From: a virus
IMG/VR virus record: IMGVR_UViG_3300045988_127488
Reading direction: 5' to 3' (one strand)
Length of the DNA: 61,431 nt
The notes below the pieces were generated by a model, which was given only the letters and a program-made list of their open reading frames with translations, was not told the origin of the DNA and made no database searches. Of the stretch, positions 8,497-20,300 are shown in pieces; position 1 is the first letter of the stretch, and each line of letters opens with the position of its first letter. The translations under genes and the position numbers were made by a program.

Positions 8497-10560
8497 TTAT
8501 GTAGCTGTAGATGCCGATGGCAAAGCAGCCAAGTCATTTGTACCGCTGTTTCCATCTTTCAGATGTGCTGCTGGCGTACCAGTCTGCTGTTGCCCTGCTC
8601 CGGCTGTAGGCATTTCGCCATTTGCTTGCTGCTGCGCTTGCATAGCTTCAAGCTTCTCCAACTGCTCCTTGAAGTACTTCTTCATTCTGTTCGTACCAGG
8701 GAATTGTCCTACGGTCAGCATCGTATATGGGTCCATCTTACCGCTTGTCATGAAGTTCCAAGCCATATCGTTGTTGGTGGCTCTGATGATTGGGCTGTAA
8801 GCATCCAGGTCGATGGCTACGTCCAGATCCATATCCCTCATGGTCTCCGGGTTGAAATGTATCTCGAAGTCATCCCCGGTCAGTTTCACGCTGTCCGCTG
8901 CGGTGCAGAACTCCTGAATCAGGTACAGCTTCTTCTTGGCGATTCTCACCTTGTAGTTATTGAAACTCTCCACAAAGTCCTGAATGGTGGTGGATGATGC
9001 CTCTCTCTCCAGCTGATACTGCTTTCCGCTGGTGTTGCGATGCTGTCCCTGCAGAGCACCCTGCACGCCTGTACCCTCTCCTGCCATAGTCTTGGCAAAA
9101 TTCACCATGAAGTCAACTCCTGCCGGAATACTCTTGTTGACCAAAGTCTGCGGTGGCTTACCTCCATTCTTGGAGTTCCACAAGATAATGCTATCAGTTT
9201 TGGTATAGTTCACCTGCATTTCATCAATGCTCTGTTTCTCGCTCAGAGCATTCTCGTCCACAAGCATCGTACCCTTGGCACCATTGGCCACGATGAAGTT
9301 AATCATCATCATATAATGGTTCAAGGTGCGCTGATTGTTCTCGGCACGCATAGTGAAACTTCTTACCTCGCCATTCAAACAAGGATATGCCACGAAGGTA
9401 TATGGCATGATGGAAGTCCTGAAACCGTCTCTCAGCACATAGTAGGGCGATTCCCTCGCATCCAGCAGATAGCCATTCGGTGTAAGGTATCTTCTGAACC
9501 AATACGTTTCAGCCTCAGCCTTCATTTCGATGGTTTTCAACTCCGATGGGTCCACATAATAGATAGGCTCACCGTTCTCATCGAGCACTGGCAGACCGTT
9601 CTCGTCCTTCATGATGTTGGCTTCCTCCAGCTTCCGCTTCTTCTCCTCGTAGAAGGCTCGTTGGTCGGGAGAGGCATAGCCACATGTCCCGGCATCCCAG
9701 TCATGCACCCAGATGGCTGGTCGGGTCTCTTTCGTCCATATCTCCAATACCCTGTACTTGCCGATTACCGAAGAATGAGTGAAATCGTCTATTCCGGCAT
9801 ACTGCGCTTCACCGTTGGGGTGATAAGTCTGCTCAGGAGCGAAATGATGCTGCGTCTGTAGATAGATCTCACTGAGTTTATTAGCCTCTTCCTTGCTTCC
9901 ATTTGTAAAGGTAGCAATAATCTCTCGCCAAGTCAAATCATGAGCCTCAGCAATAAATTCCACATCGCTCAGGTCATACTTAAAGAAAGGTGGTAAAGCT
10001 AACTTAAAGATGTCTACAGAATAGTCAAAGATGCCATTCTTGCCATCCCTTCTGCCATAATAGGTTTTCATGCCCACAAAGGCGAAGATACAGAAGGCAT
10101 AGAACATTCTCGCATCTAACTCTTGCCTGTCGTTCAAGTTGTCGTTCTGACGAAGATATTCATTGAAGAAACTGATATAGTCTTCCTCGTTGGGGTCTAC
10201 GGCACTGCAAGAGGCTGTACTGCGTTGCTGGCGCACAAGTCCTACGAGAGAAAGCAGCTTGTCGCCTATCACGTCATATTCCAGGATAGGCATACCCTTC
10301 ATTTCCATATACTGACGGATGCTTATCTTCCTACCGTTCCATTCTATCAGCTCTTCCAGCTGTCTGCCCATCACGAAGTCCTGCGCTCGCTTCCACTTCT
10401 TTCTCAGCTCTGCGCCATCATAGAAGTATTGGCAAGCCCATTCTATCAGCCGAAGGTTGCTGTCTGTCTGGGCAAACCGCTCCCGGCTCACTCCTTCAAG
10501 TGAGTCTGGTCCAGGCTCTGCATAGTTCGATATGTCATTTATTACATGATTGTCAACCAT
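8497..10560 (-). CDS. Portal protein candidate
   Basis: About 687 aa from the ATG at 10560 (the track start at 10569 is a TTG). It is convergent with the terminase operon and has its own late-type promoter. Size and position fit a portal. Confidence 0.6.
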   Translation of the reverse strand: MVDNHVINDISNYAEPGPDSLEGVSRERFAQTDSNLRLIEWACQYFYDGAELRKKWKRAQDFVMGRQLEELIEWNGRKISIRQYMEMKGMPILEYDVIGDKLLSLVGLVRQQRSTASCSAVDPNEEDYISFFNEYLRQNDNLNDRQELDARMFYAFCIFAFVGMKTYYGRRDGKNGIFDYSVDIFKLALPPFFKYDLSDVEFIAEAHDLTWREIIATFTNGSKEEANKLSEIYLQTQHHFAPEQTYHPNGEAQYAGIDDFTHSSVIGKYRVLEIWTKETRPAIWVHDWDAGTCGYASPDQRAFYEEKKRKLEEANIMKDENGLPVLDENGEPIYYVDPSELKTIEMKAEAETYWFRRYLTPNGYLLDARESPYYVLRDGFRTSIMPYTFVAYPCLNGEVRSFTMRAENNQRTLNHYMMMINFIVANGAKGTMLVDENALSEKQSIDEMQVNYTKTDSIILWNSKNGGKPPQTLVNKSIPAGVDFMVNFAKTMAGEGTGVQGALQGQHRNTSGKQYQLEREASSTTIQDFVESFNNYKVRIAKKKLYLIQEFCTAADSVKLTGDDFEIHFNPETMRDMDLDVAIDLDAYSPIIRATNNDMAWNFMTSGKMDPYTMLTVGQFPGTNRMKKYFKEQLEKLEAMQAQQQANGEMPTAGAGQQQTGTPAAHLKDGNSGTNDLAALPSASTAT

Positions 10561-10577
10561 AATTCTCAATTTTTCGC

Positions 10578-10625
10578 CAAAAATACCGCATTTTTCTCGC
10601 TTATTAGTGATAAGTTGCGCAACTT
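10578..10625 (-). promoter_or_regulatory. Phage-specific promoter (AAGTTGCGCAACTTATCAC-N21-TATTTTTG) upstream of the portal gene
   Basis: A perfect 14-nt palindrome AAGTTGCGCAACTT is followed by ATCAC, and a canonical Bacteroides -7 box lies 21 nt downstream. Confidence 0.65.
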
Positions 10626-10651
10626 AACATTACTTTTTCATATTTTCTCCT

Positions 10652-10659
10652 TATTTTTG
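10652..10659 (+). promoter_or_regulatory. Bacteroidota-type -7 box (TATTTTTG) for gene 10691
   Basis: Matches TAnnTTTG and lies 32 nt upstream of the ATG at 10691. Confidence 0.45.
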
Positions 10660-10690
10660 TTCCGCATTTCAATTTAAAACGTTTTAAATC

Positions 10691-11164
10691 ATGGGTAAAT
10701 CAATCAATGTACATGAAGCTTGCGTCATTACTAAAGATGATAAAGGCAACTTATCTCTGGTAGGAAAGGCAAAAGAAGCCCTTACCACCTTGAAGAAAAA
10801 TAAGGTTTCCGTCTGCATTCTTCTCTGCGACAACAAGAAGGAGGATGTGGAGAAGTTCCTTAACGACAATAACGTGCCTTTCGCCTCTCTCAGTACCAAG
10901 GAGGAGACCGATAAGGATGGCAACACCAAGCATATTGACCCACCAAAGGCAGATGTCACCATCATGCCAAGTTCCAAGGTCATCACTCTTCGAGACGATT
11001 GGCAGTGGTGTTTGGATGATATTGCCAGACGCCTTTGGGGAAAGGAAAAGAAGGAGAATCCGAAGAGTGAGCAGCAGCGCATGGATGACAGCATGGCTGA
11101 TTACATACGCTGGGCAACACCAAAAAATGAACCAGATAAAGCATCTGGTACTTCTCTCGGATAA
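10691..11164 (+). CDS. Hypothetical protein
   Basis: 157-aa ORF with an ATG start, its own -7 box, and the 11256 hairpin downstream. Confidence 0.5.
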   Translation: MGKSINVHEACVITKDDKGNLSLVGKAKEALTTLKKNKVSVCILLCDNKKEDVEKFLNDNNVPFASLSTKEETDKDGNTKHIDPPKADVTIMPSSKVITLRDDWQWCLDDIARRLWGKEKKENPKSEQQRMDDSMADYIRWATPKNEPDKASGTSLG

Positions 11165-11255
11165 CATCGCTCCAACATCTTCAATTTTCAAAATACGATT
11201 TCAATCTTTTTGTTAAAAATAAAATTTATTTGGAATTTAGAATTTTACGACTATC

Positions 11256-11289
11256 AAAAAGGGACTCGCTGTGAAGCGAGTCCCTTTTT
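11256..11289. terminator. Bidirectional intrinsic terminator
   Basis: aaaaaGGGACTCGCtgtgaaGCGAGTCCCttttt forms a 9-bp GC-rich stem with A and T runs on either side. It lies between convergent gene 10691..11164 and the giant ORF. Confidence 0.85.
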
Positions 11290-11338
11290 CTGTTTGTAGA
11301 AATATAGAACATTTTCCTAGAGTGAAGTAGCCCAAAGG

Positions 11339-14300
11339 CTACTCCATTCCGTTCAACGTTTTAAGCAGCTCCTTTCTGGTCTTTCTGATCTCCACCATTT
11401 TGGCAGCCCCATTCGTACCATCCATTTGCTTCTTTGCCTTATTCATCTTCTTCTTGGCAGCAGAGATAGCCTTTCTAGCCGCAAACAGTCGCTTGTTGGT
11501 CTTGCTGTTCTTGAAGGCATTAGCCTTCGCCTTATCAATATCCTTCAAGCGCTGATACTCCTGATAAGCCTCCATGGTTCCGTTCCAGGCGTTCTGTATT
11601 CTCCAGTCCTCCGTCACGTCCTCAGCCTTGGCCGCCATCAGATACTTGCTTTCAGCCTTCTCCATTTCCTTCAAGTCTTCATCACCGTTCAGATAACCCT
11701 GCACCATGTCCAGAGCCTCCTTCTGGGTGAAAGCCTTGTAATCACTCTGCGAGAGGAATTTCTTCATCTTCTGGCGCATCTTCTTCTTCTCCGTGATACT
11801 CTTGGCAGCATCAAAGCGTTTAATAGCCTCCTGTAAGGAAGTTACTCCATCGCTCATTTCTGCACTCTCCAGTGCCTTCACGCTTCCGATGGCAGCCTTA
11901 ATCTGAGCCTCAGCATCAATACCGTTGCGTTGGCAGCTCTGGTAGGTCATTGCTATACCCTCCATGTCACCGCTAAGGATAAAATCCTTGAAATAACTCT
12001 GAGCCTTCCATGGAGAGAAACCCTTAGAAGAAGGGAAGAAGAAATCCACGGCCTTGAACTCCTTGTTCTCCTGGCTCGGAATCAGGAAAGGTGCCCAGTA
12101 CAAAGCATCCTTGTAAAGCAGTCCGATGGTCTTGCCATACTTGCGCTGAATCTCTTGATCCGCATGGCTGGCTTGGAAATCGCTCAGATAGTTTATATCA
12201 TCCAAGGTCATTCTCACCATAGGGTTAGCCTTACCTATCATTCGCTGTACCATAGGTCCAGGGAACTCTAGTTCTCCCTTATGGTTGAAGAGATATTCAG
12301 GAACCTCACGGAACTGCTTACCATGTCTCACATACATTTCTGTACCATCTTCATATCTGCCAAGGAAAATCTTGCTTTGCTGACCAAGGCTGTTGCCTCG
12401 CATCAGATAGTCATACCAATTCATACCATCAGGATAAGCAAGTTCATACATGCTCTTATAGCTTGGGTTGGTCTTTCTGATCTCCTCAGCCTTTTTGCGC
12501 TCCTTCTCCTCGTCCAAGGCACGGAAAGCAGCATTGATGCCATTGGCAATACCCTCATAGAACACCATGAATCCGATACCATAACAGAGTAAAGCAGAAA
12601 TCTGTCTGCTCCTTCTGCCCTCATCCTCCGGTGTAAGAATCCCATGGCCAAGTCGCTTGTAGTAATGCTTGAAGTTCTCAAAGGTTGCCTCATTCCAGAT
12701 AGAGCCATATCCGGTTAATGCCAGGAAGTGGCGTGTAGTAGAAGCATTCCAGTCTGGCGAAAGAAGAACTCGTCCGGCATAGCGCAAGGTTCGATGGCTG
12801 GCACCCAGGATGTCCCAGTGCTGACCGCCAAACATATCGTTCACAAACTGACCGTCCTCGTCCAAAGCCCGGCTCAGTTCCTCCTCAGTCCATCCCTTCT
12901 TCTTGGCACGTTCCTTGGTCTTGTCTGCCCTCATCCGGTAGGTCGCAAGTTTCAGTCCGTCATGGAGGAAATCCCACAAGGCTCTATCCATGCCCTTGTT
13001 GATGAGCGAAAGCATCTGCGTTGCCACCTTCAATGGCATAGTAGCCAAAGCCACCGTTCCGGAAATTTTATTTCCGTCCTTCAACTTCTCCTGCACCTTT
13101 ATCATCGCATCGCGCATATTGTCAAACATGTTCTGAACATCTGCTGCTGCATAGTCGTTGGTCGCTCCAAACTTCACCAGGTGGGTAGCAGCCTCTTGGA
13201 AGTCCTCAGGATTGGCAAAGCAAGGCAGCTCATGGTTCTTCATCGTATCTACAAAGATATACTTCATAAAGTTGGCCATAGCCTTCTTCGGACCAAATTC
13301 CACCATGTTCTGTACCATATAAACCTCCGTCAATGCTCCGGCATGGAAACCGCTAAAGCCCAACTCCAGTTTCTTAGCACTCGAAGCAAGCGTATCAAAC
13401 GCCTTCCAGAAAGGAGAAGACTGATAGCTCTCGAATACTACACCGAATCGGTCTCCGGCACTCGCCTCGCTATAAAGCACCCTCTCCTTGCCAGTGATAG
13501 GATTCTTCACCTTCATCTGCCTAGGCGATACATTATATACCCATACAGGGCCTACGCCCGGAATCTCGAAGTACTTATATTGCTCCAGGTTAAAAGGAGG
13601 CGTAGAAGAAAGCAGTGCGTCAGAAGAAACGATTTCTCCGTCCTCATTCCGCTCTATCACGTTCAATCCGCTCAACTCCTGCAGCATGGTTTTGTTAACC
13701 CAAGCCTCGATATTGCTTCTGCTGTAGTAAGCCATCATCTTCGTAATGTCGGTAGTCTTAGGCACAAGTCCTACGCTGATACCCTCCATCAGGGTACTGA
13801 TGGTTCTCGGCTTCTCGTTAGGGCTTTTTGTGCGCTGCCTATTCTCCACAAAGGTAGCATACGCCTCAGGATCAGATTTCTCTTTATCCCAGATATGGTT
13901 TACATAGTCGGCATTATATCCGGTGTCCTCTCTTAAGGTATGATTATCCTTCAACCAGTCGTAGGTATAGTTATACCAGTCTCTGATAGAATCAATGGCA
14001 GCCTTCATTTCAGGCGAGAGATTCTTGTAGTCGATACCCACAGGCACAATCTGCTGCTTCACCAGTGGCAATACATGTTCGCTAAGAATGTCCGTTCCGT
14101 CAATAGGAACAAAACCTTCCTCGCCCTGATGATTGGCATTGATCACCTGCGCCATCTTGCTGGCCACCTCGCTCACAGCCTGCGGATCATCATATACCTC
14201 CACCTCCTTGCCATCTTTCAGCTCGGTATGCTTCTTGCCAGTCTCAGCAATCAGATCTGCCACGTATGGCTGGATAGCCTCAACATCAGCCGGCTGGATA

Positions 14301-17300
14301 TGGATATGCCCCTTATCAAAAGCGCCAGTGGCATTCAGATCGTGCGCCAGGTCACGCAAACGTCTTGGAGCCTCTATTATATAAGGTATAGCCTCAGCCA
14401 GCTTTTCTGCTCGGTTCGGCTTGCCCTTGTAATCAGAAAGTAACTTGTCAAAAGCACCGCTGTCTGCCATCTTCTCTATTCTGTTCTTCACATCATTGAT
14501 ATAGATGGCATCATCTGCACTCGCCTCCTCCATGTTCTTTCTACGATGGATAACGGCATGCTTCACGGTCTTGGCAGCACCCTCCTTGCTCACGTCCGTA
14601 CTGGTCACCTCAGCCAAGTCCTGCATCACCTGCTGCTCCAGGTCATCAGCCTTCGGATTGGTCTCTGCCGGATAAATCTTACCCTCATACAAGTCCAAAT
14701 CTGCTTGCTGCTGCTCCAGAAGCTCATGTCTGGACAACCAGTCCTCATACTTGCGTTTCACCTCCTCCTGCTTTTTCTTTTCGTAGGCAAACATATCAGG
14801 CATAGGGTCTTCCTGGTCCTTCATGGCTTCCTTCCATTTCTCATATTCGTGAATACGAGTCATGTAGGCACCATCCTCTTCACCTTCCATACGGATAGGC
14901 ATCCCCATAGGTTCCTCGCCTGCAAGATGGTGTCGCTCACGCCAGTCCTTATTGAGCTGTGCCCATTCCTTCTTGCCTGCTTCATCCTTGTCGATGTCGT
15001 AGAACATAGGTGGTTCTGGGTCCTCCTTATCCTCACGTGCATTCTTCCATTTGCGCCATTCCTGTACACGTTTCATATACTGAATGGTGCTTTCACCCTT
15101 CTTCTGGCGAGGCTTGCCATTCTTGGCTCCCTCACCCAGCGAGTCCTTGATTTCAGCATTGCTAGCCTGCTTCATCATGGCTTCCTGCTTCTCCTTAGGC
15201 ATATTGTCCCAAACGTGCAAAGCCTTGCCAGCCTTCATCAGGTAGTATCTCAAATCCTTGTCATTCAGAAGTCCCGGCACACGAATACCCAGTTTCTTCA
15301 AAAATCGGATAAGGTAATGCTTAATCTTAGTCCAAAGAGTAAAGTCCTCAGCAGTCTTAGGACCCTCCTCAGCCAAATGAGCGATATACTCCTGCGTTCC
15401 CACATTCATGCGATCAGGGTTCTTCCAGTCCGGATCATACTCATTTGCAATCTCCAGAATCTTGCCGCGAGTGCTTGCTGCGACAGAATTATAAACGAAA
15501 TTAGCGAATTTTCTCACCTCATCTTCGCCACCCAGCAGCACTTCCATACCCTCATGGCCTATCTTCTCATGAAGCACCGTTCTCTCCGCCTCGCTCGCAT
15601 CAGCACAGTTAGGCAGATAAACATGCACCGTATGAGTCTCCGGATCATACCATCCGGTAGCCCCATTCTTCACTTCACTCAGATAAGCATCCGGAACCTC
15701 ATCCACAGAAGTGTAAACCGTAGCCTCAGCACCACCCAGTTTGTTGGCAGTGTTCACCACCTGGTCACTCACCTTCTTCTGCTTATCAGCATCCCAGTCA
15801 TTCTTGAAGATAGATTTTCCAAGTCGTGCCAGCACATTTCTGCCCGATAAGTCATCCTTATTCAGCAGAGGAGCAATCACACCCTGGGTCAACTGCACCG
15901 GAATACCATTGCCAATGATGGTATGTGCCAAAGATTCCGTCTTAGGCAGCAGATAGTCATCACCAAGTCCGGTAATTCTCGCCAGCACCCTGCCATCAGC
16001 ACGCAACACCTTTCCACCCGGCATGATGATCACGTCACCACTCTTGGTTCTCAGCGTTGGCAGAATCTCATCCCCATAGGCATGAGGAATCTTTCCGTCT
16101 GCATAGGCACTGCCCATCACGTAAAGAGGCTTCTCCACCTTCTGCCAGTCGATTCCGTCAGCCTTCAATCTAGCATCCATCCATGGAGCCACACCGCTTT
16201 CTTTCACCGTCAGAGTAGGAAGAATATCCTCCACAGCCTCTAGCCATCCACCCTTGCGTGGTTGCTTTTTAGGCTTCTCCGGCAGTTCTCCGTCCTTCAC
16301 GGCTCTCACTATCAGTCGCTCCCTGCTGGTATAGCCACCATAGTCTGCGGCATTATACACGTCAGCATCCCATGTGTAGCCGTTCTTATCCAGTGCCTGG
16401 GTGATAATCTTCATCGCCTCAGAGTCCTTGTAGCCCTTCACGTTCTCGATAGTCACCACTCGCGGTTTCACGGCATCAATGAAGTCGGCAGTACTCTTGG
16501 CAGTCTCCTTGTCAAGTTCCACCTCTCCACTATTACTTTTGGCCTGCGAATAGTTCTTGCATACAGGCGAAGCATGGAAATACTCAACCTCACCATCTAT
16601 ATGCTTCACCAGTTCCTTTGGATCCACGTCTCTCACGTCAGCCGTAACAATATGCTGCCCGAAGTTATTGCGATATACACCGCTTATCTTCCGGTCATAT
16701 TCCACGGCCACTACGGGGTCAATAATGCCCTTCAATCCCTCTTCTACCAGTCCACCACCGCTAAAGTAGGTACCAGCCTTCATCAGCGAATCAGGGTGCT
16801 TCTTCAACTTCTGCTCCACGATAGGCGATTGCGCATTTTTACCGTACACCTTAGAATAATGCACACCATCATTCTCGCCTCCTACAATTCTTCCTCTGTT
16901 ATCGGTCTCCACAAACGGCACACCTCGCTTCTCCAACTCTTTTCTCAGACTTGGAGTAACCACATTAGAAGGCATAGTGATATTCTTGCCCTTGAACATA
17001 TCATTAACAATAACATCAGCCACCTCGCTGTCAGGCACAATACGCACAGGCTTATCCCAACGAGAAAGTACCACCTTGCGCTTGCCTGTCAGCTGTCCTT
17101 GGATGATACCAGCCTTCCACTCTACTTCGCCCACGGCATCCTTGGCTTTATCAGCCTTGTAGCCACTGGTCAGCTCGCTCTTTGGCACCTCAACCTCTAC
17201 AGTTACGATGTTAGGGCGATTCTGAGCCTCGCTAAACTGGTCATTCAGTGGAGTGCGAGAAGTATGAAGGTAAGGATTGTAAGCAGCCTTAAGCGACTTA

Positions 17301-20300
17301 CCATTACCCTTGTTGAGGGTAAACATACCCTTATCATCAGCAAGCTCTGGTCGCTCGTCTGCCTGTTCCCACTTACCGAGTTCGATAGGTTGCACAAACT
17401 TGCCCTTCACCTTTGCAGCCATCGGTGGATAGAGTTTTCCATCCTCGCCTACCTGCATGGCACGATAAACCTTCACCGTGTCTTCCTTATCCAGCTTCTT
17501 GATGGTCTCAGGGTCTTTCACAATGCTATAGCTAGCATCATTCCCATTCATCACGATCTGCTCGTCTCGGTTCACGTCCTCAGTCTCCTCAGCCAATGAG
17601 TTTCTGCGCTCCTCATCAGTCATACCCAAACGCTTCTCCACATTTCTCGATTCTACCTCACCTGCCAACTTTAGGTATTCTTTGTAAGAATCAAAGTCAG
17701 AGCGTGTACTTTCATTCAGGCGAAAACGTTTGATGGCATCATCCATACTTCTATCAGCATAGCCACGTGCAAAGTAATTGAACCCCTTGATACGTGTTTC
17801 TTTATCAGGAAGTTCATCAGACATATCCAAATCCTTATATTCCTCAACAAGGGCTTTTTCTACCTCCGATTGATTATACTCACCTCCCAATTCCTTGGCC
17901 TTTTCTTCCAATTCATGAGCATAAGCACGTGCCTTCCACTCGTCTTGCGCTTCCTTAAATTCTTTTTCCATTTGTTCAGGTGATCCACCTTTTCCAAAGC
18001 CCTCTATATACTGGATAGCATGCTGAATCTCGTGATTCAAAATACTATTCATATATTTCAGCTCATCAGCATGAATGGTAATGGTGTTGGTCTTGGCATT
18101 ATAATTACCATTTGAAGGCATATCGTTCATAATGGCATCCGTATCAATACGCACATCCTTCAACTGAGGATAAGCCTCAAAGAGTCCAGGCGCATCAATG
18201 ACATTAGTAAGTTTACCATCATTCCAAAGCATATCGTCATCAAAACGCTTAACAATATTACCACCGCCAATATCCTTCATATCCTTAATCTTAGCATCCG
18301 GCATTTCATATCTCCACTTGCCATCTACACCTTTCTCCCAACCTGTAGCCATCTTGATAATCTTGGCATTCTTTTTTGACACTTCCATTTGCTTAGCCAC
18401 ATCCAGGTTATCCATGCGGATAGTTTGCTCCTCAGCCTTATCAGCCTCAGCAGCTCCCTTCTCTCCAGCAAACATGAATCTCACATCGCTCTTGCGAGAA
18501 TTGAAACGCTTAGAAGGAGGAATAACGTCACCCTTATCATCATAGGTAACAAGGTCGTTCAACTTTCTGTTGTTCTTGGCATTCTTATATTTATATGCCT
18601 TGCCATCATCAAAGCCAAACTCGTTTGCGTCATTACCGTCCCACCACAGTTGAGTAGCCGGAACTTCATCTTCAATGATACGATATTTGCCTTCCAGACG
18701 GTTTGTTCCGTGCATTTCGGCATATTTCTTTGAAGGAGTAACCCAGTCACCATTACGCAACTTGCCTTCCTTCACAGAAGTAGGAACAGCACGATAAACC
18801 TTTACCTTAACATCCTTCTCGCCATTCTTAATAGCATCAATAGCTGCATTGATGGCTTTCACAGATTCCAATCCATGAGGAGTGTTCTGAGAATAACGCT
18901 CAGGATGGGAGAAGTAATCATCCGGCTGAGGAGCATAGCCCAAGGCAATATCCTCCAGGTTCACATCCGAGCCACTGGATTCCCAATCGTCACGTCTCGC
19001 CTTGTCGCTTTCATACCCAGGGTTTCCCGGTGCAGCCCATGCACCTACACCTTGGTATGCGCTTTCGGTATCATCATAGCCCTTGCGTCTGGCAGCCTCA
19101 TCAAGCATTTCCCTGGCTGTAGCATCATCACCTTTGGCAAGAGCATCCATATACTGCTTGTCAAGTTGATCATCAGGAATCACAGAAAGTTCCTCCAGGT
19201 GCTTTTGGCGCTTGGCTTCCTCTTCCTCTGCTCTCTTTCTAGCGGCTTCCATGGCGTTACGCTGCGCCTCCACCTGCTTCACGCGCTCCTCGATCATAGC
19301 ATCAAGGTCGCCAAAGTTCTCCTTCAAGGCATTATTTACAGGCACGGTGTACTTAAGAAGTTCCTTTAAAGAGGAAATCTTATCTTCATTTGCCTGCAAC
19401 AAATGGCGTTTGATATTGGCTCTGGCACGTGCAGCCTCAGCTGTAGAACCCTTCTTAATAGCATTGGCATACATCGCCACATCTGCCTCATCTACACCAA
19501 ATTGCTGAGATACAGCCATTATTTTATCCTCCACAGATAAATTTCCACCATTTCCCTTGGCGGTTTCGATATTATTTCTTATCTTTGCATCGCTATGAGG
19601 ATTCAGGACGCTATCCTTTCCGCTTGGGTTATTTGCGGATGGAGTTAATGCCGAACCTTGATTCTCGCCCAAGGAATTAGAATCGCCTCTGAAACGATTC
19701 CATAGCACTTTTGATTCCGTCAATTCTTTCAAAACTTTCGAAGGATCTATTTGATGTGCGCTAATCGCCACTTCCTCTTCACCCTGCTTTACTGTTATGG
19801 ATTCATAGTTCAGAATCTTGTTTCCATCAGCCTTTTTAAAGGATTTGATGAACAGATATTTAGTCTGTCGTTCCGCACCCTCTTTTGGTGCAGACTTCTC
19901 CAGGATAACATCAGGACGCTCCAGGGTAGGCTTCAACAAACCAAATCTTTTGATTCGGTCGTTTCTTCCAGCCTTCTTATATTGGTTTTCACCAAGTTTG
20001 ATACTTCCAATAGGAGTAGTAACACGGCTATCCTTGCCAAATTCTTTCAGCCAGTTTTCTTCCGTATGCTCTAGAATCCGTTCTTGCTCAGCATTATCTG
20101 CCATCTGTTTACGAAGAGAAACTGCATCTTCCTTAGTCATACGAGACTTCACGTTGCGTGGGTCCACCCCATTCGCCAAGTCTCTCAACACAAGATTACG
20201 AATATCCTCCAAGGTCATTTTCTTAATGTCCTCAGGCTTCCACTTCGTAAATGTATCAAGAGTCCAATACCAGAATTTCTTCAGCCACTCCTTCAACTTA

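Noticed and set aside
12728-17599. Very long plus-strand ORFs antisense to the giant gene (12728..13936, 402 aa; 14546..15850, 434 aa; 16262..17599, 445 aa)
   Set aside because: Their translations are Leu/His/Ile/Ser-rich low-complexity strings with no motifs. They lie entirely inside the motif-bearing minus-strand ORF and have no promoter context, so they are shadow ORFs produced by sense-strand codon bias.
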